Positions 46,649 to 56,980 of a stretch of DNA of 63,992 nt are shown here, in pieces. Source of the stretch: Thermoproteales archaeon (lineage in GTDB: Archaea; Thermoproteota; Thermoprotei; Thermofilales; B69-G16); assembly GCA_021161825.1 (NCBI GenBank), contig JAGGZW010000058.1, positions 1 through 63,992 on the forward strand, in the 5' to 3' direction. Every line of letters begins with the position of its first letter. Within the stretch, counting starts at the first letter, position 1. A program made the translations under genes and the position numbers. The notes below the pieces were generated by a model that was not told the origin of the DNA, made no database searches, and was given only the letters and a program-made list of their open reading frames with translations.

Positions 46649-47047
46649 ATGAACATTAAATCTATAGTAGAGAAATTAAAGAATAGAGAAGATGATCTAG
46701 GAAGATTAAAGCTCGACATAATGAGAGTTTTAACTATTTTTAATGGCGTTTTATGGGAAAGCGAGATAATTTCTGATATCGTCAAAGTACACAATTACGT
46801 TATGGATTACGTTCCCAGCGAAGACTCTCTAAAAAAGGCTTTAAAAGAATTAAAAAAAGAAGGCGTTATAACGATAGAGGAAAGAGAAAGAGGTTCTACC
46901 TTTTCCTCGGAAACTTATAAGGATAGGTTGATAAAACTTTCAAACCTGCGCGACGCTAAAATAGCTTTAATGTCCGATAGCGTTTATAGAAATTATATGG
47001 CTAGGAAAATGGAAATGATAAGAAGAGCTCTCGAAGAGCGTTACTAA
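46649..47047 (+). CDS. small winged-helix-like DNA-binding protein (hypothetical)
   Basis: 132 aa. The pattern LDIMRVLTIFNGVLWESEIISDI ... KELKKEGVITIEERERG resembles an MarR/ArsR-like wHTH. Confidence 0.4.
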   Translation: MNIKSIVEKLKNREDDLGRLKLDIMRVLTIFNGVLWESEIISDIVKVHNYVMDYVPSEDSLKKALKELKKEGVITIEERERGSTFSSETYKDRLIKLSNLRDAKIALMSDSVYRNYMARKMEMIRRALEERY

Positions 47048-47523
47048 CCAGCTCTGCTTATTTCCTCGTAAAACATATAAACAAAATTTATTTGTGTTGG
47101 AGACTCTATGCTTCTAGGTCTGATACTTCTAATTTTTTCAATAGCCGACATCGGGTCAAAGCCATACCTGTATATTAGGTAGCAAGCTGCGATTGTTCCA
47201 GTTCTACCTAGCCCTCCATAGCAGTGTATTAGAACAGGCTTATTCTCGATAATTTTTTTATCGATCCAATTCATTATGCTCATGCACTGCTCTATCGTCG
47301 GGATATAGAAATCTCTAATCGGAGAATGGAAAAATTCTAAGCCCTCATTTTCCAACAGTTTAAAATACCTATTCTTGCCTCCTAGAATAGCTAGCTCATG
47401 ATCTTCTACTAAAATTACAACGGCTTTTACTCCTTTATCCTTCCATACCCTAATATTTTGGATACTTCTAGGTATAGGTGCCGTTGCCAGCCTATTTTTT
47501 ATAACCCATCTAAAGCTTTGCAT
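47044..47523 (-). CDS. dual-specificity/protein-tyrosine phosphatase
   Basis: CX5R P-loop VLIHCYGGLGRTGT. 159 aa. Confidence 0.8.
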   Translation of the reverse strand: MQSFRWVIKNRLATAPIPRSIQNIRVWKDKGVKAVVILVEDHELAILGGKNRYFKLLENEGLEFFHSPIRDFYIPTIEQCMSIMNWIDKKIIENKPVLIHCYGGLGRTGTIAACYLIYRYGFDPMSAIEKIRSIRPRSIESPTQINFVYMFYEEISRAG

Positions 47524-48287
47524 CAGGATAAGACCTCAAGAAAGTCTAGAATTTGAATGTAAAGCCTGGCCATAGCTTCCAGTAACCTATGAACTTCTTC
47601 TAGATTATTAGCGAAAGCTGATAAACAGATATAGTAATCTTCGTTAATATCCACTCTAATCTTTTCCCGAACCTCTCCTGAAATGCTCAATTTTTCAACA
47701 GCATTTTTAAACGCTTTTCTTGTTTTCAAGCTTAATAGAGAGTTTTCATATGATAGTAGGCTATCTGATTCGATTATATACCCGTAATCTTCAACGTATA
47801 CATCAAATCCCACACGTTCTGGAAGAATATCGGTCAAAGGTTTAACGTTAACGTTTACGACAATAGATTCATCCCCCATCCAGTTTCTCTTAGCTGATTT
47901 AAAGCCTTTATTTCTTAAGAAACTCACAATGCTGTCGTCTTCATATAGCTCGTCTAATTCTACTTCAATCTTTTCTTCCGGTAGTTCCCTCAGGTAATAC
48001 AGAGGCCCTAAAACCTCACCAACAATCGCCACGGGGGAGTATGGTTGACTAAAACCATAGAAAACACAGAAAGCTTTCCCTGGAGCCCAGTAAGCTACAT
48101 TTCCTGGTTTAACTTTTAAAGTCTCCTTGCCATTATATTCTATTGGCGTTTCGAAATAGTATTCTTCTTTCCATAATTCGGCTGTAGATTTTAAAGGCAA
48201 ACAACCCTTTAATAGCTTTACGTATTCTCCGTCACTAACGTATATTGGCAGTTCCCCATAATTTTTAAAATACAACTTTACGTACAT
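47523..48287 (-). CDS. hypothetical protein with N-terminal cyclophilin-like (DUF369-type) domain
   Basis: GNVAYWAPGKAFCVFYGFSQPYSP pattern. C-terminal half unassigned. Abuts the phosphatase gene (stop/start adjacent). Confidence 0.4.
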   Translation of the reverse strand: MYVKLYFKNYGELPIYVSDGEYVKLLKGCLPLKSTAELWKEEYYFETPIEYNGKETLKVKPGNVAYWAPGKAFCVFYGFSQPYSPVAIVGEVLGPLYYLRELPEEKIEVELDELYEDDSIVSFLRNKGFKSAKRNWMGDESIVVNVNVKPLTDILPERVGFDVYVEDYGYIIESDSLLSYENSLLSLKTRKAFKNAVEKLSISGEVREKIRVDINEDYYICLSAFANNLEEVHRLLEAMARLYIQILDFLEVLS

Positions 48288-48323
48288 AGTAATAAAATAA
48301 TATGCTAGAGAATTTATCTTTAA

Positions 48324-48602
48324 CTACCATAGTATATAAAAATCCTCGAAATCCCCTTTGGGATCTTCCCATAACACTTCTACTTTATCCACTCTTGCTA
48401 AAGGAGGCCCTTTTCTGCACCAATCTATTGCCTTTTTTACAGCCTCCTCTTCTCCCTCAAAGACAGCTTCGACGCGACCATCTCGCAAATTTCTTACGAA
48501 ACCTTTCAAACCAAGCTGTTTCGCAACCCTCCTTGTATTAGCTCTAAAAAATACGCCTTGTACAATACCTGATACGAAAACATGCGCTCTAACAACGACC
48601 AT
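48324..48602 (-). CDS. acyP: acylphosphatase
   Basis: [41 protein letters not shown], 92 aa. Confidence 0.9.
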   Translation of the reverse strand: MVVVRAHVFVSGIVQGVFFRANTRRVAKQLGLKGFVRNLRDGRVEAVFEGEEEAVKKAIDWCRKGPPLARVDKVEVLWEDPKGDFEDFYILW

Positions 48603-48668
48603 GGCAATCCCAACCTCATATATTAGTGTATTAAAATAAATTCTTGTCGTCGTATTGATAAATTTTGG

Positions 48669-49136
48669 CTAGCTCTCGACTATATCAGCTATTCTGTATC
48701 CTAATTTTATAAAAACTTCTGGGTTTAGCTTAATTCCATGAAATTCGTCGCCACATGCTCCTATAACAAAATTTTTTTTCATCACTTCTTCATCAACTAT
48801 AACTGGGCATTTATCGTGAAAGGCAAATGGTGGAACACCACCAACCTTGAAACCTGTTACAGCTTCAACCTCTGATGGAGTTGCAAGTCTTAATTTTTTG
48901 AAACCTGTTATTTTTTCTACTTTTTTAAAATCGACTCTTTTATCCCCGGTAATTATAACAGCTACATGCTTTTTCTTTTTCGAAACTAAAAGAAGGCTTT
49001 TTAGTATAAAACCGGGGTTAATATTCAAAGCCTTTGAGGCTTCTCTTGTAGTTTTACCGCTTTGACTATGGCTTATGATTTCCCCCTCTATGTTAAGTTT
49101 TTCCATTAGTCTTATCGCGTTTTCAAGCGTCATCAA
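48669..49136 (-). CDS. YbaK/ProX-type aminoacyl-tRNA deacylase
   Basis: KSLLLVSKKKKHVAVIITGDKRVDFKKV ... VTGFKVGGVPPFAF pattern. 155 aa. Confidence 0.7.
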   Translation of the reverse strand: MMTLENAIRLMEKLNIEGEIISHSQSGKTTREASKALNINPGFILKSLLLVSKKKKHVAVIITGDKRVDFKKVEKITGFKKLRLATPSEVEAVTGFKVGGVPPFAFHDKCPVIVDEEVMKKNFVIGACGDEFHGIKLNPEVFIKLGYRIADIVES

Positions 49137-49500
49137 TATATGCTCCTAAAATCGGCTTAAAAATCTAATTTTTAAGTCTCCACTCTTTATTAAAGACCTC
49201 ATATTAATGATTCAAACTACGCGCCTAGCAATTTTTCCCAAATATAATCGAGACAGTAACCGACTACTAATACTCTAACTCCTTATAAATCCTTATTATT
49301 TTAAGGGAATAAGTCAATTTCAGAATTATAGCAAAGGCGTTCATGAAAAATATGGTATCAACCTTTAACCATCTGAAAATATTTCTTTAATCTATTTTGT
49401 CATTTATTTGGAGAGCTAAATTCCATATTATTAGCAAGCGAGATTTAAGAACTGATTTGATGCCGAAATAAGAAAAACTAAAGAAGAAAGAATTAAGAGT

Positions 49501-49707
49501 TTAAGCTTTACCTAGGAACCTATATACGGCTGTTCCGCAGTTGGGACAAATTCCTTTGACAGCTTTTCTCTTGTTTTTAAGTGTTACAATTTTCGGGTCT
49601 TTTATTGTTACTTTTTTACGGCACTTTACACAAAAACCTTCATAGGTTACCAATTTATTCACCTCCGAATACCTCATACAACTATGTAATATAAAAACAT
49701 TGCGCAT
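49501..49707 (-). CDS. small zinc-ribbon protein (DUF5679-like)
   Basis: CVKCRKKV ... CPNCGTAVYRFLGK. Probable true start is TTG about 49653 (MVTYEGF), preceded by GGAGGTGA, giving about 50 aa. Confidence 0.6.
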   Translation of the reverse strand: MRNVFILHSCMRYSEVNKLVTYEGFCVKCRKKVTIKDPKIVTLKNKRKAVKGICPNCGTAVYRFLGKA

Positions 49708-49959
49708 GAAACTTTCTTAAACATTTTTCCTAAAAAATAGAACTTTTTGCAATTTCACTCTCTTGGACTAATACATCTTTTCCTAATTTTATTTTTATAG
49801 ACAACTCAAATAGACGAAGCTTTAGCAAAGCTTTCTCTTTCTTACTAAATCGAAAACAAAGATTTCGCTATTAGCCGATTATACATTATAACGTTTAATA
49901 TTTACTTTATCTCATAACCTATGATATAGTTCGTTAATCTTATATGGAGTTGCTTACAA

Positions 49960-50673
49960 TCATTGACAGTAGAAGCTATTTTTCCAATTAAGTCTAAAAA
50001 CGTATATTGTTTCACCCAAAAACTTCTTAAAAGCAATCGTTTTAACATGCCATCCAGTATTTCTGGAAAATGCGAGAAAATGCTTTAAGGGTCCAATATC
50101 GGAATAAGCGATTATTATCCTGCCGTTTTCCCTTAGAATTCTATAAGCTTTTTCAAGAAAATTTTCTATTAGGTTACAATCGTCAAACCATGCTTTTTCC
50201 AGATCGTTTTTTGCTTTCCCTTTAATATATGGAGGGTTAAACACTATAAGAGAGAATGCGCCTCTCCGGAATGCGCAGGTTAAATCGCATATAACAACAT
50301 CGCACAAAAGGTCTAGGTTATTCATTTTCATGTTCTTGAGCGCGCAGCGTGCGGCATATTCGCTTATGTCGCTTGCCACAGTATATGAAGCTTTATTGGC
50401 TAAGACGAGCGAAATTATGCCGCTTCCAGTCCCTAAATCAAGCATTATGTCTTGTTTTTTCACTTCTTCTAGTGCAGATTTAATTAAAAGCTTAGACGAT
50501 AAAGTGCATAGTGGGCTGAAAACATTTTTGCATATTTCTAGTTTGAATCCATATATTCTGACTGTTTTTCCAGAGATAAAAATATGCAAGAATTTAAGAA
50601 TCAAGCATGTTAATTTTATTCTTAATTTCTTTGCCAGCATTTGCAGACCCTGAACTTTCTTAATCATTAGCAA
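49960..50673 (-). CDS. SAM-dependent methyltransferase, HemK/Mtq2-like (NPPY)
   Basis: SAM motif DLGTGSG and catalytic VFNPPYI. The start may be internal. Confidence 0.7.
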   Translation of the reverse strand: MLMIKKVQGLQMLAKKLRIKLTCLILKFLHIFISGKTVRIYGFKLEICKNVFSPLCTLSSKLLIKSALEEVKKQDIMLDLGTGSGIISLVLANKASYTVASDISEYAARCALKNMKMNNLDLLCDVVICDLTCAFRRGAFSLIVFNPPYIKGKAKNDLEKAWFDDCNLIENFLEKAYRILRENGRIIIAYSDIGPLKHFLAFSRNTGWHVKTIAFKKFLGETIYVFRLNWKNSFYCQ

Positions 50674-50782
50674 GTTTTTACATTTAAAACGATTAAATAA
50701 TTGCTAAAATAGCAAAGTTATATTATAAACGTTATCTACTATTTATTATAATTCAAACTTTATAGGTTATGGAACGGCTATA

Positions 50783-52078
50783 GTGGGAAACATGATAGGA
50801 GCTATTGTAATCGACGTGGTAGATTTAATTGCGTTATACATTGCAGGCTTACAAGCCATCTTCCAACCATGTATTTATCCCATGATTCCTGTATTTTTTT
50901 CCTATGTAATGAGCGCTGCAAGAAAAAAGGCATGGCGTGGAATATCGATGCTTTTGTTTATTCTAGGCTTGTACACCAGCTTTGCAATTTACGGATTAGC
51001 CGCGGCTTTTTCAGCTGATTTTGTTTCTAGATATTTGACACTTACCATAGACGTAGCTACGCTATTTACAGGATTGTTGATGTTCAGCTTTGGATTGGTA
51101 ATGTTCACTCCTTTAAGAGAAATTTTTACCCGGATCAGATTACCTAAAGTAAAGCCAAAAAGTAAAGGTCTCGTTAATGCATTTTTAGTGGGTTTCATCA
51201 TGGCTATAGTCGCCGCGCCCTGCGCAGGGGGTAGTATACTAATGGCTTTAATCATAATACTAAAACAATCCTCTTATACCGGTAGCATCTTGACCGCGCT
51301 CATAGGAATGGGGGTGTTTTCCCTAGGTCTCGCAAGCCCTTTGGTAATTCTCGGAATTTTCGCAGGAAAGATTAGCGAGATTCATGGTAGAATTTCCAAA
51401 AGTTTTATCGTAAGACGTGGCGAGGAAATGCTAGGAATTGTTTTAATTGCTTTTAGTTTTATATCCGTTAACAGTCTGGGTTTGCCATCGCTTACCATTA
51501 AGTTCATTAATGAAGCTTTAACGGTAGCAACGTTATTCTCTTCGATTATCGTTATCCATGTATCTTTAACAGCTTTTAAGGCCTTCAGAGTATTGGGAGA
51601 AAAAACCTATGCTTTACTTTCCGTTGGCTTTGCATTAATAGGCTTAGACAACATACTACTTGTTTTCGAAAAAATAGCTTTAATTCCGCCCTTGCCACCA
51701 CTCATACTTCTCGTTTTTAAAATAATAAGCTATTCCTCTATTCTCACGGCTTTTACTCACATTCTCGTTGAAAACAAGCGTAAGATTCCCAGCGTGCTCA
51801 TTCTTTGGAATAATATCATTGGGGCAATGCTATCCGCGTTCGTAGTTGCAGAGTTGTTAGTTTTAAAGCTTAAATACAAACGTAAAGTTTTTCCATTAGT
51901 AGCTTATTTTGTCTTACTCATGGCAATGCCTCTACTACAGGAATTCTTTAATCCCGTAATAATTGAAGGGGTAAGTCTCGATTTTCTCATTCGAGCATTT
52001 TCTGGATTCGCGCTACTCCCGCTATTATTTAAATCACGTGACGCTATAAGAGGCATGACGCTACTGGCTGAGGTTTAA
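50783..52078 (+). CDS. CcdA/DsbD-type thiol-disulfide transmembrane protein fused to an extra polytopic domain
   Basis: FQPCIYPMIPVF and VAAPCAGG in hydrophobic helices (CcdA Cys motifs). About 190 additional hydrophobic residues at the C-terminus. Confidence 0.6.
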   Translation: MGNMIGAIVIDVVDLIALYIAGLQAIFQPCIYPMIPVFFSYVMSAARKKAWRGISMLLFILGLYTSFAIYGLAAAFSADFVSRYLTLTIDVATLFTGLLMFSFGLVMFTPLREIFTRIRLPKVKPKSKGLVNAFLVGFIMAIVAAPCAGGSILMALIIILKQSSYTGSILTALIGMGVFSLGLASPLVILGIFAGKISEIHGRISKSFIVRRGEEMLGIVLIAFSFISVNSLGLPSLTIKFINEALTVATLFSSIIVIHVSLTAFKAFRVLGEKTYALLSVGFALIGLDNILLVFEKIALIPPLPPLILLVFKIISYSSILTAFTHILVENKRKIPSVLILWNNIIGAMLSAFVVAELLVLKLKYKRKVFPLVAYFVLLMAMPLLQEFFNPVIIEGVSLDFLIRAFSGFALLPLLFKSRDAIRGMTLLAEV

Positions 52079-52079
52079 T

Positions 52080-52352
52080 TTATCCATCTAAGTAGCTAGT
52101 TTTTTCAAAGAAATCTTTTATAGCTTTAACTCTGTAATCATCTAAATTTACCTTATATTTTGATGCTCTGCCGTATCTTATTTCTGAAATCAACCCTAGA
52201 AAGACTAGGGTTTTTAAAGAACTTTTAATATGTTCAATACCAGTTTGCTTTTTCAAAGCATATTTAGTCATTTCTATTTCGGGATTCCTTAGCAGTGCTT
52301 TTAAAATTCTAAAAGTCGTCGGTTTCTTTAGTAGCATATCTATGAAATGCAT
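52080..52352 (-). CDS. small winged-helix protein (hypothetical)
   Basis: 90 aa. TFRILKALLRNPEIEMTKYALKKQTGIEHIKSSLKTLVFLGLI resembles an ArsR/wHTH. Confidence 0.4.
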   Translation of the reverse strand: MHFIDMLLKKPTTFRILKALLRNPEIEMTKYALKKQTGIEHIKSSLKTLVFLGLISEIRYGRASKYKVNLDDYRVKAIKDFFEKTSYLDG

Positions 52353-52362
52353 GAAATTTTAA

Positions 52363-52656
52363 ATGTTAGGGGGGATAATAATTTTAATGGATTCTGATGA
52401 AATTACTTGCATGGATTATATAACGTGTCCAGAATGTAAAAGTATAGTTCCTAAAGGTAACTACTGCATATTTTGCGGAGCTAGACTAGAAAGTGAGGTT
52501 GCTAGTAAGAAAAAAGAGGATAAAGAAGGTTTAAAAAAGCTGGAAAAAGACTTCATATATTGTCCTAGATGTGATAACGTGGTAAAAGCCGATAGTAGAT
52601 ACTGCCCCTTTTGCGGATTAAAACTACATAATTACTCTTCCCACTCCTCCTCCTGA
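52363..52656 (+). CDS. double zinc-ribbon protein
   Basis: CPECK...CIFCG and CPRCD...CPFCG pairs. Likely start is ATG 52387. Confidence 0.5.
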   Translation: MLGGIIILMDSDEITCMDYITCPECKSIVPKGNYCIFCGARLESEVASKKKEDKEGLKKLEKDFIYCPRCDNVVKADSRYCPFCGLKLHNYSSHSSS

Positions 52657-53897
52657 ATTTCTTCGATCATTTCCTCCCTATCTTCTTCTTTTTCAAGCTC
52701 CTCTACTATTTCCTCAGATTCTGAAAAGTATTTTACTATCAATATATCCCCAGACTTTACTTTAAAACCTGTATATGGAGGTGTTATAAACCATTTATCG
52801 CCACGCCTAACGGCCAATACTGTGATACCTCTATCCCCATAGCCTAGTTCCGTGAGCGTTTTCCCCTCGTCTGTTTCGTCCATTTCGATTACGCTTATTC
52901 TTTCCTCTGTCTCCCAGAGAACGTCCATGATTATTGGGTGTGGTTCTAATCCTTTAAGCAGAGGTTCTACCATCTCTAAAGCCGCATCTGCTATGTTCTC
53001 GCTTGACACGGCAATAGATACGATGTTTAGCTTTTCCATGGCTGAAAGCTTCTCATGTAAAATAACTTCTAACTCGAAACTTTTCGCCATTCTATCTACA
53101 TAATCCTCCAACTCTTCAATTTTCTCAGCGAATTCCTCGCTTTTAGTTAGAAGAGCTGTATATGCTAAATCTAGCATTACTTGCGAAGTGTTTTTAAGCT
53201 GATATAATCCCTCAGCTATTCTTCTATATTCTACTGCTTTTTCCGCATATGGCTTGGTTACCGGTATATTGAAGTATTTTTTCAAAAGATTTATGCTATT
53301 TTCAGTTCCCTCCACAAGTAGAACATCGCCGCTGTGCAATACAAAATTCTCATCTGGTTCAAGTATCCAGTTTCTCTCCCTTCTTATCACCATAATATTT
53401 AAAATTACTTTCAACTCATCGATTAGCTCTCTAATTTTCACTCCACGAGCTTGGAAATTGTCCGGCACAACTATCTTGGCCACCATAGAATCTTTTGGAA
53501 ATAAATCTACTATTGACAGTGGAGGCAAACCAGTTTTTGACAAAACTATACCCGCTATATCCGCTGCTGCGTCTGAAACTTTGTTAGAAGCCGTAGCCAA
53601 CCTATGTATACTAACTATTTTCTCGGCATCTCTTACGTTTCTAGTGGCAAGAGAAGCTTGCATTGTAAGCAAAAGCTCTAGATAATCTATCCTTTTCTCC
53701 AACTCGTAAACCTCCCATGCCAGCTCAACGTCGTTATAGAGGACTGATAAATAAGCCAGGTCTACCATAAGAGTAGACAAGTTCTTCATTTCCTTCAATA
53801 ACTCCTTTACTGGAATTGGCTTGTACTCTATCTCATTCTCCAAAAGCGGAGCTTTTTCCAATTTATAGGCACCAGTATAATTAATATTAGCTGCCAA
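52632..53897 (-). CDS. PhoU-like / TrkA-C (RCK_C) domain regulatory protein
   Basis: Two helical PhoU-like repeats, each followed by an RCK_C-like beta domain (SGDVLLVEG, SGDILIVKY). Acidic tail. Directly downstream of the MgtE-like transporter gene. Confidence 0.55.
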   Translation of the reverse strand: MAANINYTGAYKLEKAPLLENEIEYKPIPVKELLKEMKNLSTLMVDLAYLSVLYNDVELAWEVYELEKRIDYLELLLTMQASLATRNVRDAEKIVSIHRLATASNKVSDAAADIAGIVLSKTGLPPLSIVDLFPKDSMVAKIVVPDNFQARGVKIRELIDELKVILNIMVIRRERNWILEPDENFVLHSGDVLLVEGTENSINLLKKYFNIPVTKPYAEKAVEYRRIAEGLYQLKNTSQVMLDLAYTALLTKSEEFAEKIEELEDYVDRMAKSFELEVILHEKLSAMEKLNIVSIAVSSENIADAALEMVEPLLKGLEPHPIIMDVLWETEERISVIEMDETDEGKTLTELGYGDRGITVLAVRRGDKWFITPPYTGFKVKSGDILIVKYFSESEEIVEELEKEEDREEMIEEIQEEEWEE

Positions 53898-53913
53898 GAT
53901 AAGCTTTACTATC

Positions 53914-55152
53914 TTATAATATCATAGAAACTAGTGCGATTGAAAAAGTCTCCACAAAATCTGCTATACTACTTTCTATCGGATTTACAAAGTTATCAGG
54001 GTCTAAACCCCGCTTCACAGTTTCATAAGCAGTTAGCAAAATTATCGGTATCATGATGATGAAGCCCAATACGTGAGAAATATACGCGAACATGAAGAGC
54101 ATAAAAATCCTATAAAAACTTCCCGCAATTAAGGATACAATAACAGATAATATTGCGTGAAAAAATACGCTTGCTATCTGCAAACCAATAATGTTTTGTA
54201 GAATATTTTTAAACGATTGTGGAGAAAAATCAAATTCTCCAATAGCAATTCTTGTAGTAACCATCGAACCTATAATCGACGCGGAGCCTCCAAGGGTACT
54301 AAGCATTACAGGATACATTAAAGCGATCTCTGCAACGCGCTTCTCTCCGCTTAGTAACGTGCTCAAAACGCTACCAGTACCTAACTCTATTGTTAACCCT
54401 ATCAGTAGCGCCGTGAAACCTTCTTTAATTGTGCTAACTAGAACCTCCCGCTCTTCTCTTTCATAAACATAATATCCGATAGCTATGTAAGCAGCTATGA
54501 AAAACAATGTAACAGGTATTAACAAAAAACTAAATCCTCTAACGATCAATCTCCCGATCTCTATGAAAACGAGTGAAATCAATATATCGTTTATCACCGA
54601 GGAGAAAGGATATAGTAAAATGTCGGGATCTAACCCTTTTTTAAAAGCTTTGAAAGCTATAGCTGAAATTATGAAGAAAGATAAGGGAGCTACTAAAAGT
54701 ATGGTAGAGTATATGATAACATGAACTTCTAATAGCACGGTTAAAGTAGAAAATGTAAATAAAATAGAAATTACTAATGCTCCAGCTAGCGTTAGTAAAA
54801 GCATTGCAGCGCCTAAGCTGTAGAAATAGCTGGTATTCCTTTTTAAACTAGGCTCGATTAGCCCTAAATGAAGATTTGTGCTTGTTCTAGCAGAAAAAAT
54901 TCCAGCCAATATTCCTCTAGTACCTAGTATTTGTGGGTATATTCTAAAAATCCACGGCTGCTGTTTTAAACTATTTAAAACCGAAGCCACCGATAGGCCG
55001 GACAAGAGATTGCCCAGGTTTATAAAGAGAGCAATAAAGGATTGCTTTGCCATAGGTAGCACATCTCCTAATAATATGAAATCAGCCAATTGCTCGATTT
55101 TATCAGAGAGATCGAGTACGATTTCTAATAGTTTGCTTTTCACAGAGGTCAC
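53914..55152 (-). CDS. MgtE/SLC41-type divalent cation transporter (tandem membrane repeats)
   Basis: Two repeats with ILGTRGILAGIFSARTSTNLHLG and TLGGSASIIGSMVTTRIAIGE, each followed by GLDPD. No cytosolic MgtE N-domain. Confidence 0.6.
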   Translation of the reverse strand: MTSVKSKLLEIVLDLSDKIEQLADFILLGDVLPMAKQSFIALFINLGNLLSGLSVASVLNSLKQQPWIFRIYPQILGTRGILAGIFSARTSTNLHLGLIEPSLKRNTSYFYSLGAAMLLLTLAGALVISILFTFSTLTVLLEVHVIIYSTILLVAPLSFFIISAIAFKAFKKGLDPDILLYPFSSVINDILISLVFIEIGRLIVRGFSFLLIPVTLFFIAAYIAIGYYVYEREEREVLVSTIKEGFTALLIGLTIELGTGSVLSTLLSGEKRVAEIALMYPVMLSTLGGSASIIGSMVTTRIAIGEFDFSPQSFKNILQNIIGLQIASVFFHAILSVIVSLIAGSFYRIFMLFMFAYISHVLGFIIMIPIILLTAYETVKRGLDPDNFVNPIESSIADFVETFSIALVSMIL

Positions 55153-55255
55153 CGCAGCCTGGCTTGATGGCTATCTTATCATTGCATAGTTGCTATGCTC
55201 ATTATCCCAATAATAAATCAGTAGAGTAAATAAGATTTTAGGGTTTAATATAGAA

Positions 55256-55813
55256 CTATTCTATTCTATCCCCGATTGTGTAGTATAAATCGCTTCCCAT
55301 ATGCAAGATTGGCTTAAAAATCTCGGTATATGTTTCGTTAAAATATCCTCTTTTAACGTGTACACTGACAATTTTACCTATAAAAACAACGTGGTCTCCA
55401 GCTTCAACGGCTTTAACAACCTTACACTCTACGGCTGCGACGCACTCGGCTATTAACGGTGCTTTTACTTTTTCGCTATTTAAAATCGTCAGACCCGCTT
55501 TTTCAATTTTATTTCTAATATCTCTTCCAGAAACGCTTCCGCAATACTTGACGGCTTCAAGCAACTCCTTACTCGGTATATTTACGGTAAACTCTCCAGT
55601 TTTAGAGATTATGCTGTAACTAAACCTACGTGGGGAAATGCTCACTGCAACCATGGGAGGATCAAAAGATACTGGCATGCACCACGACGCAGCCATAACG
55701 TTTTGGACATCGTCATCTTGACAAGCTATGAGAACGGTCATTTGAGGATGAAGAAGACGGTAGATTGCGCTTGATTTCGATTTTATAAATTTATCAGACA
55801 CATTATCACCCAT
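55256..55813 (-). CDS. flavin reductase-like FMN-binding protein
   Basis: MTVLIACQDDDVQNVMAASWCMPVSFDPPMVAVSISPRRFSYSII, typical of the Flavin_Reduct domain. Confidence 0.8.
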   Translation of the reverse strand: MGDNVSDKFIKSKSSAIYRLLHPQMTVLIACQDDDVQNVMAASWCMPVSFDPPMVAVSISPRRFSYSIISKTGEFTVNIPSKELLEAVKYCGSVSGRDIRNKIEKAGLTILNSEKVKAPLIAECVAAVECKVVKAVEAGDHVVFIGKIVSVHVKRGYFNETYTEIFKPILHMGSDLYYTIGDRIE

Positions 55814-56980
55814 TCAGGGAAATGTGGTATCAGCATCTATAAGAGTGTATGGCTGAACCACGACTCCAGCCTTTATTCTAGCTTTAGATCCTAAGAAAAC
55901 TCCAAGTTTTCTCTTTTTCTTTATTATTCCTTGAAGCGGAAGCTCCCTTAAAATATGCTTTTTCTCAGGAAGACTGCTTAAAATCGTTACCCGCGGCTCG
56001 ACAATAGATTTTACACCCAGTACGCTATCAACTATCAAGCTATACGAGCCCGCAGAAGCTTCCTTCTGAAAACTCGATCTTTTAATTTCGCAAAAAGCGC
56101 CCACAACTGCGCTTTCTTCGATACTAGTGTATTTACGAATAAATGTGTTCATTCCCACAAACGCATTCTTACCTATATAAACTGGTCCTTTTATGACTGC
56201 ATTATGATCTATAAAAGCCCCCTCTTCTATTATCACAGGTCCTTCGATTACCGCCGTGGAAGACACGTGCGCTTTGGAGCTTATAACACTCTCTTTTAAT
56301 TCTCCTAATACATAATAATTGGCCGCTATTATGTCCCACGGGTAGCCAATGTCAACCCAATAACCCGTCCAGTGGGATACTGCAGATTCATACTTCTTAA
56401 CAAGTAAAGATAAAGCCTCAGGCAGGACCAAATCCTCCTCTAAATAATCAAATATAGCTTTAGGTAAAATATAAGCCCCGGCTAATGCATAAGAAGATGC
56501 TTTTGACATTCGCTGTGGTTTATGATAGACAGCTACCACTTTATTCTCCTTAACAATGGCAACTCCATAATCTTCAATATTTACGACAGGTACGGTCGAG
56601 AGAATAGACGAAGTTCCAGAACTTATGAAAGTATCGATCAAAAGCTTGTAAAAACTTTTAGGAGCTACGATGTCTCCGTAAGCTAGTATAAAATTCTCAA
56701 CATCACTAAAATAGCTTGAAGCCGCTTGCATCGCTGATTCTAAACTCTCACCCTCCTGATAGACTACGCTAGCATACATGCCCCATTTTCTAACAATATG
56801 CTCTTCTACCCTATCATCCGATACTACCACAGTAAGATCAGTTATACCTGAATCTATTAATCCACTGATAGAGTAATCTATTACAGGTTTACCCGCAACC
56901 CTCAATAACACCTTAGGATAACCTTGGGAGAGAGGATACATTTTTAGGCCTTTCCCCCCAGCCAATACCAAAGCCTTCAT
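55814..56980 (-). CDS. sugar-1-phosphate nucleotidylyltransferase with C-terminal left-handed beta-helix (GlmU-like bifunctional candidate)
   Basis: N-terminal ALVLAGGKGLKMYPLS. C-terminal hexapeptide repeats (VIEGPVIIEEGAFIDHNAVIKGPVYIGKNAFVG). Directly downstream of glmS. Confidence 0.75.
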   Translation of the reverse strand: MKALVLAGGKGLKMYPLSQGYPKVLLRVAGKPVIDYSISGLIDSGITDLTVVVSDDRVEEHIVRKWGMYASVVYQEGESLESAMQAASSYFSDVENFILAYGDIVAPKSFYKLLIDTFISSGTSSILSTVPVVNIEDYGVAIVKENKVVAVYHKPQRMSKASSYALAGAYILPKAIFDYLEEDLVLPEALSLLVKKYESAVSHWTGYWVDIGYPWDIIAANYYVLGELKESVISSKAHVSSTAVIEGPVIIEEGAFIDHNAVIKGPVYIGKNAFVGMNTFIRKYTSIEESAVVGAFCEIKRSSFQKEASAGSYSLIVDSVLGVKSIVEPRVTILSSLPEKKHILRELPLQGIIKKKRKLGVFLGSKARIKAGVVVQPYTLIDADTTFP

